From contig CAWJCY010000005.1 of NCBI GenBank assembly GCA_963841565.1, positions 1 through 44,630 of the forward strand: a stretch of 44,630 nt of DNA. Direction: 5' to 3'. The notes beneath the pieces were generated by a model. It was not told where the DNA came from. It worked only from the letters and a program-made list of their open reading frames with translations, and did no database searches. Each line of letters begins with the position of its first letter. Within the stretch, counting starts at the first letter, position 1. Both the position numbers and the translations under genes were made by a program. This document shows positions 18,457 to 28,550 of the stretch, piece by piece. The DNA is from an uncultured Nitrososphaerales archaeon (lineage in GTDB: Archaea > Thermoproteota > Nitrososphaeria > Nitrososphaerales > Nitrososphaeraceae).

Positions 18457-20574
18457 ATGGAACAGTTGAGTCATGATTATTCATTTCAAACAGAGAACAA
18501 AAGGTATGGGATTCTCGAATCTGCCTCAAAACGAGTGCGGATGATCTTCTCTGTTATGGCCAGTCCTAACAGAATTGATATACTTAGAATATTAAATTCA
18601 AAGGGGCCACTTACCTACTCTGAATTGAAATCTCTTGCCGGGTTCAAATCGAAAAAGGAATCTGGAAAATTTGCCTATCATTTAAGGAAACTGCTTAGGC
18701 AGTCGTTAGTTGCTTTGAATAAAGGAGAACGAAGATATACAATAACTAACTTGGGGAAATTAGTCTTGAGCCTTGCAAGACAAATTGAAGAAAGGTCAAT
18801 AGTTGAAAGTGGCAAAATGTATGTTAGGACAAGCCATAATTCGATTGAGGAGTTTAATTCTCACAAGATAATCCAATCTATCGTTAGGGAGGCTGGAATG
18901 CCTTTAGAGCAAGCGCAGAAAATCACGGAGGAAGTGGAGAACAAGATTTACAAGTTCCAGGCTGCCTATCTTACATCTTCTCTGGTTCGTGAAACAGTCA
19001 ATTCCGTGCTTATAGAGCATGGCTTTGAAGAGTATCGGAGTAGAATGTCCAGATTGGGCATGCCTAGTTCTGATGTTCTCGATCTGATAAACAATGCGGA
19101 AGGAATTACAAATGGAATAGAGGGAATTATCAATAACGCTTCCATGTCAGTGTTTTCGGAGCACCTATTATTGAATTCTCTACCCAAGGACATTTCAGAT
19201 ATGCATCTAGGTGGCGAGTTAAACATCTCAAATCCTGGGGTATGGGGGATACTTCCTGATGTGGTCTTCCTAAACATCAATGAATTTTCTGAAGGATTAC
19301 AAAAATTAAACGGCAAGTATTTTAACGTATCAAGGGTACGCTTCGATGAAAAGTCCAAGTTTTCGGCAGCATTGCAATTACTTTTGGCTTTGATGAGCAG
19401 GGAGGCATCATCGGAGGTAGTTCTTGAAGGCATCACAGACTTTCTCTTGAATGACACTTTGGATTGTGAGGATATCGCGTCATCTTTTGCAAAGGCTCTT
19501 ATCTCGTCATCTGCTACAAGCTCCTATTCTGAAGGTCTACCTTCCTTTACGATTCTATTGCCTGTAAGTACTCTTGATAAAAAGACATTTGGGGCCTTAC
19601 TTGATGGCTACACAAAGTATACAGACTTAACTCCTTTACCAAGGGTTGGTCTGGCATTAAATTACAATGGAGATTCCAATACGTTGGGAGAAGACTCGCA
19701 GACGATATCATCTGTAGTTAGGTCGGGAGGTAAGATAGTCATCATGCAAAATGGAAAGCGAACGAGTAATGGCATTCGAAAATCATTAGATGGTAAGGAT
19801 ACAGGGAGCGTTGCATCTTTACAGTCGATGTCGATTAATCTTCCTAGACTCGCGTATCAGTCAAACAAAGATGAAACATATTTCAGGGCAAAACTCGCGC
19901 TAACAATAAAACCCGCATTGGAGGCGATGTATATAAGAAAGAAGAATATCCTGAGCACAATCAGAAAGGGGCTATGCCCGGTCATGGGAAGTGCTAATTT
20001 TGAACATTTCGGCACAACTAACATAATTCTCAATCTCACCGGCCTAAAGGAATCAGTATATGATATCTTGGGATATAATCACAATTCTGCCGGAGATGAT
20101 GTCCTGAGAAAAGTACTGAAGACCTCAGGTGATGTAGCTTTAGATCATGGGAGGCAAATGGATAGTGAATCGGTAGGTATCTCGATGATAGATGATGACA
20201 GTAGCATAAGATTTTCAACCTTGGATTCAGAAAAATATGGTAGGACTCTACTATCAACTGGGGCCGAGTCGGCAAAGCACTACTCTCAAGGGATTACTGT
20301 GAACGGAAAGGAACTTTTGTTACAACCTCAAAAAGGATTAGAAGAATGTATTTCCATTGATAGTCTCCTAAGGGGTGGGTTGTCGACGTCAATAGATCTA
20401 ACTGATATTTCGGCTCAGGATGAATTGAATAAGGCAATAGCCATCAGCACTGGACTCACATTCTTCCGGCCATTCGTTCGATCCCTGATCTGTAGAGGGT
20501 GTAGCAGACGCTATGTTGGGTCAGATGTTAAGAAATGCGAGACCTGTGGATCAGTATATTTAAGGACAGGTTGA
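18457..20574 (+). CDS. ArsR-type wHTH + ATP cone + degenerate class III RNR (NrdD-like) fusion
   Basis: N-terminal wHTH (MASPNRIDIL..TYSELK..FAYHLRKL..YTITNLG); ATP cone (VRTS..IEEFNSHKI..YLTSSLVRE); NrdD-like LPKDISDMHLGG, SINLPRLA and C-terminal CxxC-x11-CxxC. Confidence 0.85.
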   Translation: MEQLSHDYSFQTENKRYGILESASKRVRMIFSVMASPNRIDILRILNSKGPLTYSELKSLAGFKSKKESGKFAYHLRKLLRQSLVALNKGERRYTITNLGKLVLSLARQIEERSIVESGKMYVRTSHNSIEEFNSHKIIQSIVREAGMPLEQAQKITEEVENKIYKFQAAYLTSSLVRETVNSVLIEHGFEEYRSRMSRLGMPSSDVLDLINNAEGITNGIEGIINNASMSVFSEHLLLNSLPKDISDMHLGGELNISNPGVWGILPDVVFLNINEFSEGLQKLNGKYFNVSRVRFDEKSKFSAALQLLLALMSREASSEVVLEGITDFLLNDTLDCEDIASSFAKALISSSATSSYSEGLPSFTILLPVSTLDKKTFGALLDGYTKYTDLTPLPRVGLALNYNGDSNTLGEDSQTISSVVRSGGKIVIMQNGKRTSNGIRKSLDGKDTGSVASLQSMSINLPRLAYQSNKDETYFRAKLALTIKPALEAMYIRKKNILSTIRKGLCPVMGSANFEHFGTTNIILNLTGLKESVYDILGYNHNSAGDDVLRKVLKTSGDVALDHGRQMDSESVGISMIDDDSSIRFSTLDSEKYGRTLLSTGAESAKHYSQGITVNGKELLLQPQKGLEECISIDSLLRGGLSTSIDLTDISAQDELNKAIAISTGLTFFRPFVRSLICRGCSRRYVGSDVKKCETCGSVYLRTG

Positions 20575-20953
20575 CTTGCAGTTAATAGGTAATAGTGTTG
20601 CTGACTACCTTCTGCATCCTTTCAATAGCAGAACACAAAAGCGCAGCGATAGTGAAATAGGCTTAGATTCTCATTGGCGACTGAAACTTACATTATCAGT
20701 AACTGAATCAGATCCTGGATTATTTTCCCTGATCTTCTCCGATTGTCTAAGCCCTTTTTGAAAAGGCTCATAGTCGATTCAAAGCAATACTTGAGGGCCT
20801 TTGCCATCTAAAATGTGAAAGTTATTCATATCAAATAACTATGCTTGTCGGCAACCATATCTGCCTTAGCTATTTAGATTGGTACTTTATGAAAATCTAA
20901 TATGAGCATCATTTGCTTCTCATATAAAATAACATACACATCAATCAGTTTCC

Positions 20954-20973
20954 AAAACAAAAAAAGAAAAAAA
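20954..20973 (-). terminator. oligo-T terminator of amoC
   Basis: A-runs on the + strand (AAAACAAAAAAAGAAAAAAA) read as T-runs about 55-70 nt after the amoC stop. Confidence 0.65.
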
Positions 20974-21025
20974 GAGCGTGTATGTATAATATTTTGTTTT
21001 TGTCTTTGTCTTGTTGTTGCTGTTG

Positions 21026-21589
21026 TTATGGGATTGATCTGCTGTACAGCTTTCCTTCTAATGCTAGTTTGTACATCTCTGCTACGTACGGGTTCTTGGC
21101 TGGTGTTTCAGCTCCAAGTTCAACCAATCGTGCATATACTCTTACGACATATGCTAGAGCGCCCATGAAAGCTACAACAACTCCCATGTTAAACATCCAG
21201 TGGTTTGGAACTGAAAATATTTCTTCTACAAACCAAAAGTGCCACAGCTCATTGATACCTATAGTAAACATGGTTGCCAAATATCCAAGAATGGTCATCT
21301 TTAGACCGGTATTCATGGAGTTGTTTGGTCCTCTTAGAATAGGTACTTTTCTGTCATACATTGCTACAAATCCCCAACCTAGAGGAAGTGCAATGAAGTG
21401 ACTGTATAGCCACCAATGAGCTGGTGTGAATGCACTATCTCTGATAGCAGTTTGATGCAATGATCCATCTACAAAGTTATCTACTTCTACTGATGCTGCA
21501 ATTGAACCTAACATTATAACCATTATGTATATTTTCTTTAGTCTCTGTATCTCTACTTCTTTTGGAATCAGTGCGGGCATCTGTGCCAT
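21026..21589 (-). CDS. amoC: ammonia monooxygenase subunit C
   Basis: MAQMPALIPKEVEIQRLKK start (ATG at 21589); EVDNFVDGSLHQTAIRDSAFTPAHWW metal-site motif; NELWHFWFVEEIFSVPNHW. Confidence 0.97.
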   Translation of the reverse strand: MAQMPALIPKEVEIQRLKKIYIMVIMLGSIAASVEVDNFVDGSLHQTAIRDSAFTPAHWWLYSHFIALPLGWGFVAMYDRKVPILRGPNNSMNTGLKMTILGYLATMFTIGINELWHFWFVEEIFSVPNHWMFNMGVVVAFMGALAYVVRVYARLVELGAETPAKNPYVAEMYKLALEGKLYSRSIP

Positions 21590-21905
21590 TATCTTCTTCA
21601 ATAATGAAGATGCAACAGATCTATATTAAGTTGCGAGTATCAGAATCTGATTCTTTCATCAATGTTTGATAGTGAATTGGATGATATCTTATGGAATGTA
21701 TATATAATTATGTTATTTATATGATTTATCATACCTGAATGTAGATAAGCATTAGTGATTAGCACAAGTGATTAATGTAATGTGTGGCTATTTTTGGATA
21801 CCTTAAACACTAATTTGTGTTCGAAGAGCGAAGGGCCCATCCATGGCACAATTTTTCAGCAAGCTAATATTTTTAAAGCAAAGGAAAACTAATGTATAGA
21901 TTGGA

Positions 21906-24629
21906 ATGGCGGGGGTTACCGAATTTAATTCTAAAGAAAATTTGATTTCACAGATAAGGAAACGGGATGCAAGAATAGTTTCTTTTGTTCATACGAAGAT
22001 CTCCAATGCAATCTATAAGGCGTTGGTTGCAACTAGGAAACCTGATTACGAGTTAGCTGAGAACTTGGCTAACAAAGTTCTCCAGAAAATGGTTGATCAT
22101 GGCTATGGAGCGTCGGAAAAGGAAGCAATTCCGAGTGTGGAAGACGTTCAGGATATGGTAGAATCAATACTCATCGAAGAAGGTTTGTCCGAGACAGCAA
22201 AGGCCTACATCCTCTACAGACACGAACGAAGAAAAATTAGAGATGAAAAAATGAAAATCCTGAACAAGAAAGATCTAGATGAAATCGATAAATCATTCAG
22301 TGTTAATTCACTAAGAGTCTTAGCGTCTCGATATCTGTTAAGAGATGATAGCAACGAGATAATAGAAGGACCACGCCAAATGTTTGAAAGGGTTGCCATT
22401 CTAGCAACTCTGCCTGACCTGGTACACGATTCGAGTATATTTGACATCGAATCTAAACATAGTAATTACACAGATGAAGCAGAGAAGTACTACGATAAAA
22501 TCGATGATTTCCATCTCAAGCTTAAGATTGGTGAATTCTATCTCAATAAGTACCATTTTGAATCTCTTATTCGTCTTTACATAGATCTCGCTAAAGACAG
22601 ACACATGAAATGTAGTTTCAAAGACTTGCTAAGGCTAATCGCTGAAGGAAAGATGTCTGCTTACGAAAGCAGAATTCGCGAATACTATAATTTAATGGTA
22701 TCAAAGGACTTTTTGCCTAATACACCAACTTTAATGAACGCGGGCGCGAGATTAGGACAACTTTCAGCCTGCTTTGTCCTCGACATGCCAGATGATATGA
22801 ACCAGATCATGAAGTCGTCTACCGATGCGGCGATGATCTTCAAATCAGGAGGCGGAGTAGGCATCAATTATTCTGATTTGAGGCCAGAGGGTGATATCGT
22901 AGCATCCACATCTGGAGTAGCATCTGGACCTTCATCTTTCATGAGAATAATTGACACAATCACGGATGTTGTGAAACAGGGAGGAAAGAGACGTGGTGCA
23001 AATATGGGTATTCTGGAAGCATGGCATCCGGATATTGAAAAGTTCGTGACTGCAAAGACAAAACCGGGAGTATTTGAAAACTTTAATGTGAGCGTTGGTA
23101 TCTCTAATGATTTCTGGAAATCTGTTATTGATAAACAGAACCATAAGTACATGTTAAGAAATCCGAGAACCCAAGAGCCCATTAAAAACATTGATTCGCA
23201 ACAGCTATTGGATCTGATAGCATTTAGTGCATGGAAGAGTGCAGAACCAGGTGTAATTTTCTTTGATAATATCAACAAATATAATCCATGTATGGAAGCC
23301 AAGGGTGGACCATTGCGTGCAACAAATCCTTGTGGAGAACAGTCTCTTTATCCATATGAATCATGCAATTTGGGTTCGATAAATCTGGCAAATTTTGTTA
23401 AGAGGAAAGCTGATGGAATGTACGAATTTGATTGGCAACGTTATGAACAAGCGGTACGATTGTCAACCAGATTGCTAGATAATGTAATTGATGCTAACAA
23501 GTATCCTGTAGACGAGATCGATAAAAATACTAAACTTACGCGTAGAATCGGTCTCGGTATTATGGGCATAGCCGACCTACTATTCTTGTTAAGAATACCA
23601 TACATATCTAAAGAAGGGTATGAGTTCATGAACAAGTTAGCGGAGGCGATCTCATATTACAGCATGGAGGAGAGCGTTGCTCTGGCTAAAGTACGAGGGC
23701 CATTTCCACTGTTTTCAAGAACTGATTATGTCAAAGGTAAGATCCCGGTAGCCGGATACTATGAAATACCGAAGGAGAATCATTCATTTGACTGGGACTC
23801 ATTAATCATGAAAATCCGAAAATACGGTATAAGAAACTCATGGACAACAACGATTGCACCTACTGGAACGTTATCTATGATAGCAGATACTTCTAACGGT
23901 ATTGAACCCATTTTCGCTTTAGTTTTCGAAAAGAGAGTAACAGTTGGCAGATTTTTCTATACAAACAGGGTTTTCGAAAATGTTCTAATGGCGAGCGGTC
24001 TGTACGACGACGAAATACTTACAAGAATTGCAAATAACTACGGATCTGTACGAGATATGAATGAGATTCCTCAGTGGATGCAGAAACTTTTCGTAACAGC
24101 AATTGATATTCACTGGACAGATCATCTTATGGCTCAGGCTGTGTGGCAGAAATGGATTAGTAATGCTATCGCAAAGACTATTAATATGCCTGGAGATACG
24201 ACCGCCGATGATGTGAAATCTGCATACTTGCTTGCCCATGAATTAGGATTAAAAGGTGTTACAGTTTATCGGGATGGGTCAAGACACGAGCAGGTTCTGC
24301 ACATAACAGGTGATACTGGAAAGGAAAAAAGGTTTATGGTAAATCCGAGTGCCTACGTAGCAGATTTTATTCGAGACAATATCAATGAACCATTCGTAAG
24401 GGAACAGATAGCACAAATATACCAATACACTCAGAATTTTGAGGAACCCATGACACCTCCTCGTTATGAAGAGAATCAACAGATTACTTCTGTAAAAAAA
24501 TCAAGTCTCCAATCTTCAGTTATGGAGAATTATGACAATATGTGTCCTTCCTGCAAATCAAAACTAATAGTTACAGAAGGATGTAATATGTGCATTGAGT
24601 GTGGGTTTAGTAGCTGCGGCTCGGGATGA
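21906..24629 (+). CDS. nrdJ: adenosylcobalamin-dependent (class II) ribonucleotide reductase with N-terminal ATP cone
   Basis: IRKRD ATP cone, PNTPTLMNAG, LSACFV, GGKRRGANM, ATNPCGEQ, CNLGSIN, TIAPTGT, KGVTVYRDGSR, C-terminal Cys cluster. Confidence 0.95.
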   Translation: MAGVTEFNSKENLISQIRKRDARIVSFVHTKISNAIYKALVATRKPDYELAENLANKVLQKMVDHGYGASEKEAIPSVEDVQDMVESILIEEGLSETAKAYILYRHERRKIRDEKMKILNKKDLDEIDKSFSVNSLRVLASRYLLRDDSNEIIEGPRQMFERVAILATLPDLVHDSSIFDIESKHSNYTDEAEKYYDKIDDFHLKLKIGEFYLNKYHFESLIRLYIDLAKDRHMKCSFKDLLRLIAEGKMSAYESRIREYYNLMVSKDFLPNTPTLMNAGARLGQLSACFVLDMPDDMNQIMKSSTDAAMIFKSGGGVGINYSDLRPEGDIVASTSGVASGPSSFMRIIDTITDVVKQGGKRRGANMGILEAWHPDIEKFVTAKTKPGVFENFNVSVGISNDFWKSVIDKQNHKYMLRNPRTQEPIKNIDSQQLLDLIAFSAWKSAEPGVIFFDNINKYNPCMEAKGGPLRATNPCGEQSLYPYESCNLGSINLANFVKRKADGMYEFDWQRYEQAVRLSTRLLDNVIDANKYPVDEIDKNTKLTRRIGLGIMGIADLLFLLRIPYISKEGYEFMNKLAEAISYYSMEESVALAKVRGPFPLFSRTDYVKGKIPVAGYYEIPKENHSFDWDSLIMKIRKYGIRNSWTTTIAPTGTLSMIADTSNGIEPIFALVFEKRVTVGRFFYTNRVFENVLMASGLYDDEILTRIANNYGSVRDMNEIPQWMQKLFVTAIDIHWTDHLMAQAVWQKWISNAIAKTINMPGDTTADDVKSAYLLAHELGLKGVTVYRDGSRHEQVLHITGDTGKEKRFMVNPSAYVADFIRDNINEPFVREQIAQIYQYTQNFEEPMTPPRYEENQQITSVKKSSLQSSVMENYDNMCPSCKSKLIVTEGCNMCIECGFSSCGSG

Positions 24630-24743
24630 GGAGTGCAAAACATACACTTTCCCCTTACCATTAAGGCATTTTTTAATTAGAAACCCCAAAATTTCGCCTA
24701 TTCGATAGCCAAGGTTCGGTGGACCGATAATAATCGATCTCGC

Positions 24744-26921
24744 TCACCTATAGTGAGGCATAACTACCCTATCGCCGGGCTTCATTTCTCTCTGCGTCTT
24801 GATCTTTTTAATAGCCTCTTCAAACTGCTTCATTGAAACCAAAGCCTCAGATGTATGTTTAGCAGCTTCCTCTGGAGTATTGTATTTTGCAAGATACTCT
24901 TGTAATACCACTGAGATTGCGGTATTAGCAACGGCTGACATGTCAGCTCCACTAAAGCCATCAGTCAGATCCGCTATCCTGCCTAGGTCTATGTCATTAC
25001 TTACAGGTTTGCCCTTGATGTTAATCTCCAGGATTCTCTCCCTTGTATTTCTGTCAGGATTAGATACTAGCACTATCTTATCAAATCGTCCCGGTCTCAG
25101 CAATGCGGTGTCGATCATGTCTACCCTATTGGTTGCAGCAATTATCACAACTCCTTGCATTTCTTGTATACCGTCCATCTCCGTGAGTAATTGTGACATC
25201 ATTCGCTCTGTGCTTGCATGGACCCCCTCCATTCCTCTGATAGGTGCAATAGAGTCTATCTCGTCAAAAAACACCACACAAGGTGAAGCCTGTCTAGCTT
25301 TCCTAAATATCTCGCGGATTCCTTTTTCTGATTCTCCAACCCACTTGCTAAGTAGTTCAGGACCTTTAACACTAATGAAATTCGCTTCAGATTCAGTAGC
25401 TACAGCCTTTGCCAATAGTGTTTTTCCGGTGCCTGAAGGACCGTATAGTAGTATTCCTTTAGGAATATTATGCTTGAGCTCTTTGTACAAGGCTGGATAT
25501 TTTAATGGCCATTCCACTGCCTCTTGTAATTCCCTCTTAACGTTGTCTAGTCCACCAATATCTTCCCATTTGACATCGGGAGGTTCTACGTAGACCTCTC
25601 TCATGGCAGATGGGGTTATCTCCCTTGTAGCATAGTCAAAATCATTCATGTTTATCACGAGCTTATCCAGTGTTTCGGGAGCAAGTTTTTCATCCTCCAT
25701 GTTGAGTTCAGGTAGAAGTCTTCTCAAACACTTCATAGCTGCTTCTTTACACAAATATTCAAGATCTGCACCTACAAACCCATGAGTTACACCAGCAATC
25801 TTATCTTGATCTACATCAGTATCCAGAGGCATATTACGGGCATGAATCTGTAATATCTCCAGTCTACCTCGTTTGTCAGGAACTTTGATCTCAATTTCTC
25901 TGTCAAATCTACCTGGTCTGCGTAATGCTGGATCTAAGGCATTTGGCCTATTGGTTGCAGCAATGACTATAACCTTTCCTCTAGCTTCTAAACCATCCAT
26001 CAATGAAAGTAATTGAGAGACAACTCGTCGTTCCACCTCACCAGTTACCTCTTCTCTCTTTGGTGCGATTGAATCTATCTCATCAATGAATATTATCGAA
26101 GGTGACTTCTCTCTTGCCTCCTTAAAGATTTCCCTTAAACGTGCTTCAGATTCTCCATAGAATTTACTCATTATTTCAGGTCCTGATATACTGATAAAAT
26201 GTGAGTTACTTTCATTGGCAACAGCTTTTGCCAACAGTGTCTTACCAGTTCCAGGGGGTCCAAATAGAAGCACACCTTTAGGAGCTTCAATTCCTAATTT
26301 CTCAAATATCTCTGGATGTCTTAAAGGAAGCTCAATCATCTCACGTACTTTTTGAATCTCGTCCTTCAAGCCACCTATGTCTTCGTAGGCGACGATATGC
26401 ATACCTCTGTCCGCTGATGCTTGGCCAGCCGTCGTTATGTTAAATGCCGTCTTTTGAGTGACCAACACTGCATCACTACCGGCTGGTGTAACCCCGATAA
26501 CCTGGAAAGTAAGTCTTCCACCAAAATATGGAACCATGACATTATCGCCTTTGATCAGAGGTACACTTTCAAGTGCATCTGCAAGATACCTTTCATCAAT
26601 AGGTGGAATTGCTTCAAGCGGTGCTACTATTACCTTTTCAGCTGGAACTGCCTTTATCTTTCTTACAACTACTGTATCACCTATAGCAACACCTGCATTA
26701 TTACGTACAAGACCATCAACACGAATTATTCCCTTACCTTCATCAGAGGGGTACAGCGGCAAACACTTTGCCACCGTTCGACGTTTGCCTCTAATCTCGA
26801 TAACATCTCCTGTAGAAGCGGTGAGAGAATCCATCGAGTCATAATCAATACGAGCTACTCCTCTGCCAACGTCTCTAGTATAAGCTTCAAGTACTTTAAG
26901 ACTCGAATTAGTGTCTCCCAT
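24744..26921 (-). CDS. cdc48: CDC48/VCP family AAA+ ATPase
   Basis: N-domain plus two AAA modules ([15 protein letters not shown]; [15 protein letters not shown]) with [12 protein letters not shown] and LLRPGRFD. Confidence 0.96.
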   Translation of the reverse strand: MGDTNSSLKVLEAYTRDVGRGVARIDYDSMDSLTASTGDVIEIRGKRRTVAKCLPLYPSDEGKGIIRVDGLVRNNAGVAIGDTVVVRKIKAVPAEKVIVAPLEAIPPIDERYLADALESVPLIKGDNVMVPYFGGRLTFQVIGVTPAGSDAVLVTQKTAFNITTAGQASADRGMHIVAYEDIGGLKDEIQKVREMIELPLRHPEIFEKLGIEAPKGVLLFGPPGTGKTLLAKAVANESNSHFISISGPEIMSKFYGESEARLREIFKEAREKSPSIIFIDEIDSIAPKREEVTGEVERRVVSQLLSLMDGLEARGKVIVIAATNRPNALDPALRRPGRFDREIEIKVPDKRGRLEILQIHARNMPLDTDVDQDKIAGVTHGFVGADLEYLCKEAAMKCLRRLLPELNMEDEKLAPETLDKLVINMNDFDYATREITPSAMREVYVEPPDVKWEDIGGLDNVKRELQEAVEWPLKYPALYKELKHNIPKGILLYGPSGTGKTLLAKAVATESEANFISVKGPELLSKWVGESEKGIREIFRKARQASPCVVFFDEIDSIAPIRGMEGVHASTERMMSQLLTEMDGIQEMQGVVIIAATNRVDMIDTALLRPGRFDKIVLVSNPDRNTRERILEINIKGKPVSNDIDLGRIADLTDGFSGADMSAVANTAISVVLQEYLAKYNTPEEAAKHTSEALVSMKQFEEAIKKIKTQREMKPGDRVVMPHYR

Positions 26922-27118
26922 TGTACTAATAGATAATCATTAACTCCTTATACATTTTATTAATTTTATTGAACTTGATATCGAATTGTGTAGCAGCGCA
27001 GCTGTTCCAATTGAGAGCAATGCCTTACAGATAACCGTTGTAAATGGTTTGTTGTGAAAATGAATCCCAGAATCTACAATTGGATGGAATATATTAGATC
27101 TGATAAAGCAAGGTACAA

Positions 27119-27286
27119 ATGCAGGACAGATCGTACCAACAAAAAAAGGCTTTGGTAAGGAGATTCATTAGGAAGAAGAAAACGACTGATACCTCACGTA
27201 TTCTAAATGAAGTCAATATTGACTACGATACCTTGATGTTGGTTCTTGCAGATCTGAGAAACGAAGGCGATCTCCGAAGTGGATGA
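27119..27286 (+). CDS. 55-aa basic HTH-like microprotein
   Basis: Hand translation MQDRSYQQKKALVRRFIRKKKTTDTSRILNEVNIDYDTLMLVLADLRNEGDLRSG; TATA-like AATATATT about 25-30 nt upstream. Confidence 0.6.
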   Translation: MQDRSYQQKKALVRRFIRKKKTTDTSRILNEVNIDYDTLMLVLADLRNEGDLRSG

Positions 27287-27401
27287 TTTCCATCTCCATG
27301 GCTGCCTTAGGGCGAGACACACTAAGAAGTAGCAGCGGATACAGGTTTGTCAGGTTAAAAGGCGAAATGCGGCAAAATATAATACCCATAAACTAACAGA
27401 A

Positions 27402-27548
27402 ATGACTGTGATCATCAATACACATAGGTCATGCCTGTTTTGTGAAAAGAAAATATCTGCGAGTGAAAGCTTGTGCGAAGAATGCATGAGTAAATATAGG
27501 ATCAAACAACAGAACTATGACAATGACGGTTGTGACTGTGATCGGTAG
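27402..27548 (+). CDS. 48-aa Zn-ribbon microprotein
   Basis: Hand translation MTVIINTHRSCLFCEKKISASESLCEECMSKYRIKQQNYDNDGCDCDR (CxxC-x10-CxxC plus C-terminal CxC). Confidence 0.65.
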   Translation: MTVIINTHRSCLFCEKKISASESLCEECMSKYRIKQQNYDNDGCDCDR

Positions 27549-27590
27549 CTGTTAATTCTTTTAGTCCATTTGCTTACTAGTTTAGCCATA

Positions 27591-27899
27591 TTATGGTGGC
27601 TCGGCGGCAACCGTAAATTGAAGATTCGTTACGTTGCCATTTATGTTTGACAAGTCATACTGCACTTCCTCCAATGACCTCATAGCTTCAGCCGAATCAT
27701 TTTGTTGTATCGCTTGCATTGCATCATTTACATGCATATTAGCACTTTCAATAGAACTCGAGATCATATCGCTTTCTTGGGACTCATCGAATGGTGGCTG
27801 AGGACTGGTTGAATATGCATACATAGGTAAAATCAGCACTACAAAAATAGCAACAGAAAAACTAGCAACAGCAGCGAAAAACCCTTTAGCTCGATCCAT
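27591..27899 (-). CDS. small secreted helical hypothetical protein
   Basis: Signal-peptide-like N-terminus ending AYS, acidic amphipathic helices; TATA-like TTTATATA upstream. Confidence 0.7.
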   Translation of the reverse strand: MDRAKGFFAAVASFSVAIFVVLILPMYAYSTSPQPPFDESQESDMISSSIESANMHVNDAMQAIQQNDSAEAMRSLEEVQYDLSNINGNVTNLQFTVAAEPP

Positions 27900-28068
27900 T
27901 AAGATAAGAATTAATTGAAGTAAATATATAAACCTATTATTATTCAGAATAGATCACCCATATATTGCCTGACGTGTTGTACTGACTTCTAAGAAGTCTG
28001 TCGTGAGGATCTTTTTTCTTTTTCAATTAACGAAAAATCCTATATTGTACCAAGTGTTATTAGCAAAC

Positions 28069-28500
28069 ATGTTAGCTACAACACTCAACCTACCTACTCT
28101 CCAAGACTTACGTACGCTCACTAGATCTGACATAGCGATAATGAGTACATTGTCAGATGTATTCCGGCATAGTCTTGAACTGTATGTCAACATTGATCCC
28201 TTTACTACAAAGGATCCATTCGAAGATCAAGATGATTTTGATTATTACATCATAGTCGATAGAACTGAACCTAGGAGAATTGTGTCGTTAATTGCAATAA
28301 AAAAAGACCCTCTTCCACAACTTTCATGGGGCAATATATTAGGTAACCATCTGACGAAACTCACGATCTCAAAATCTGATGCATACACCTTGAAAACTGA
28401 AATCATGCCAAAAGATACTAATAATTTTTATACTTACAGACGTTCAGGTGTAATATCTGGACTGGTAATGTTCGCATATCAAATATGCGGACGTAAATAA
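28069..28500 (+). CDS. hypothetical protein
   Basis: ATG at 28069 preferred over track start 28003; protein-like composition. Confidence 0.65.
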   Translation: MLATTLNLPTLQDLRTLTRSDIAIMSTLSDVFRHSLELYVNIDPFTTKDPFEDQDDFDYYIIVDRTEPRRIVSLIAIKKDPLPQLSWGNILGNHLTKLTISKSDAYTLKTEIMPKDTNNFYTYRRSGVISGLVMFAYQICGRK

Positions 28501-28550
28501 CTACGAGTAATATACGATTTCCCAAACGGACACTAGCCTCAGGTACTAGT

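Noticed and set aside
18457-20574. Calling this an active anaerobic RNR (nrdD)
   Set aside because: The finger-loop Cys and C-terminal glycyl-radical motif appear absent, and no nrdG is nearby.
20902-21401. + strand ORFs with poly-Cys/Val, antisense to amoC
   Set aside because: Shadow ORFs; the Cys run derives from the low-complexity 3' tail of amoC.
22410-22680. Intein in the nrdJ insertion
   Set aside because: No intein splice-junction motifs (N-terminal C/S block, HN-C/S/T end); looks like an ordinary helical insert.
24799-26936. + strand ORFs 24799..25593, 26421..26936, 26458..26844
   Set aside because: Antisense shadows of cdc48.
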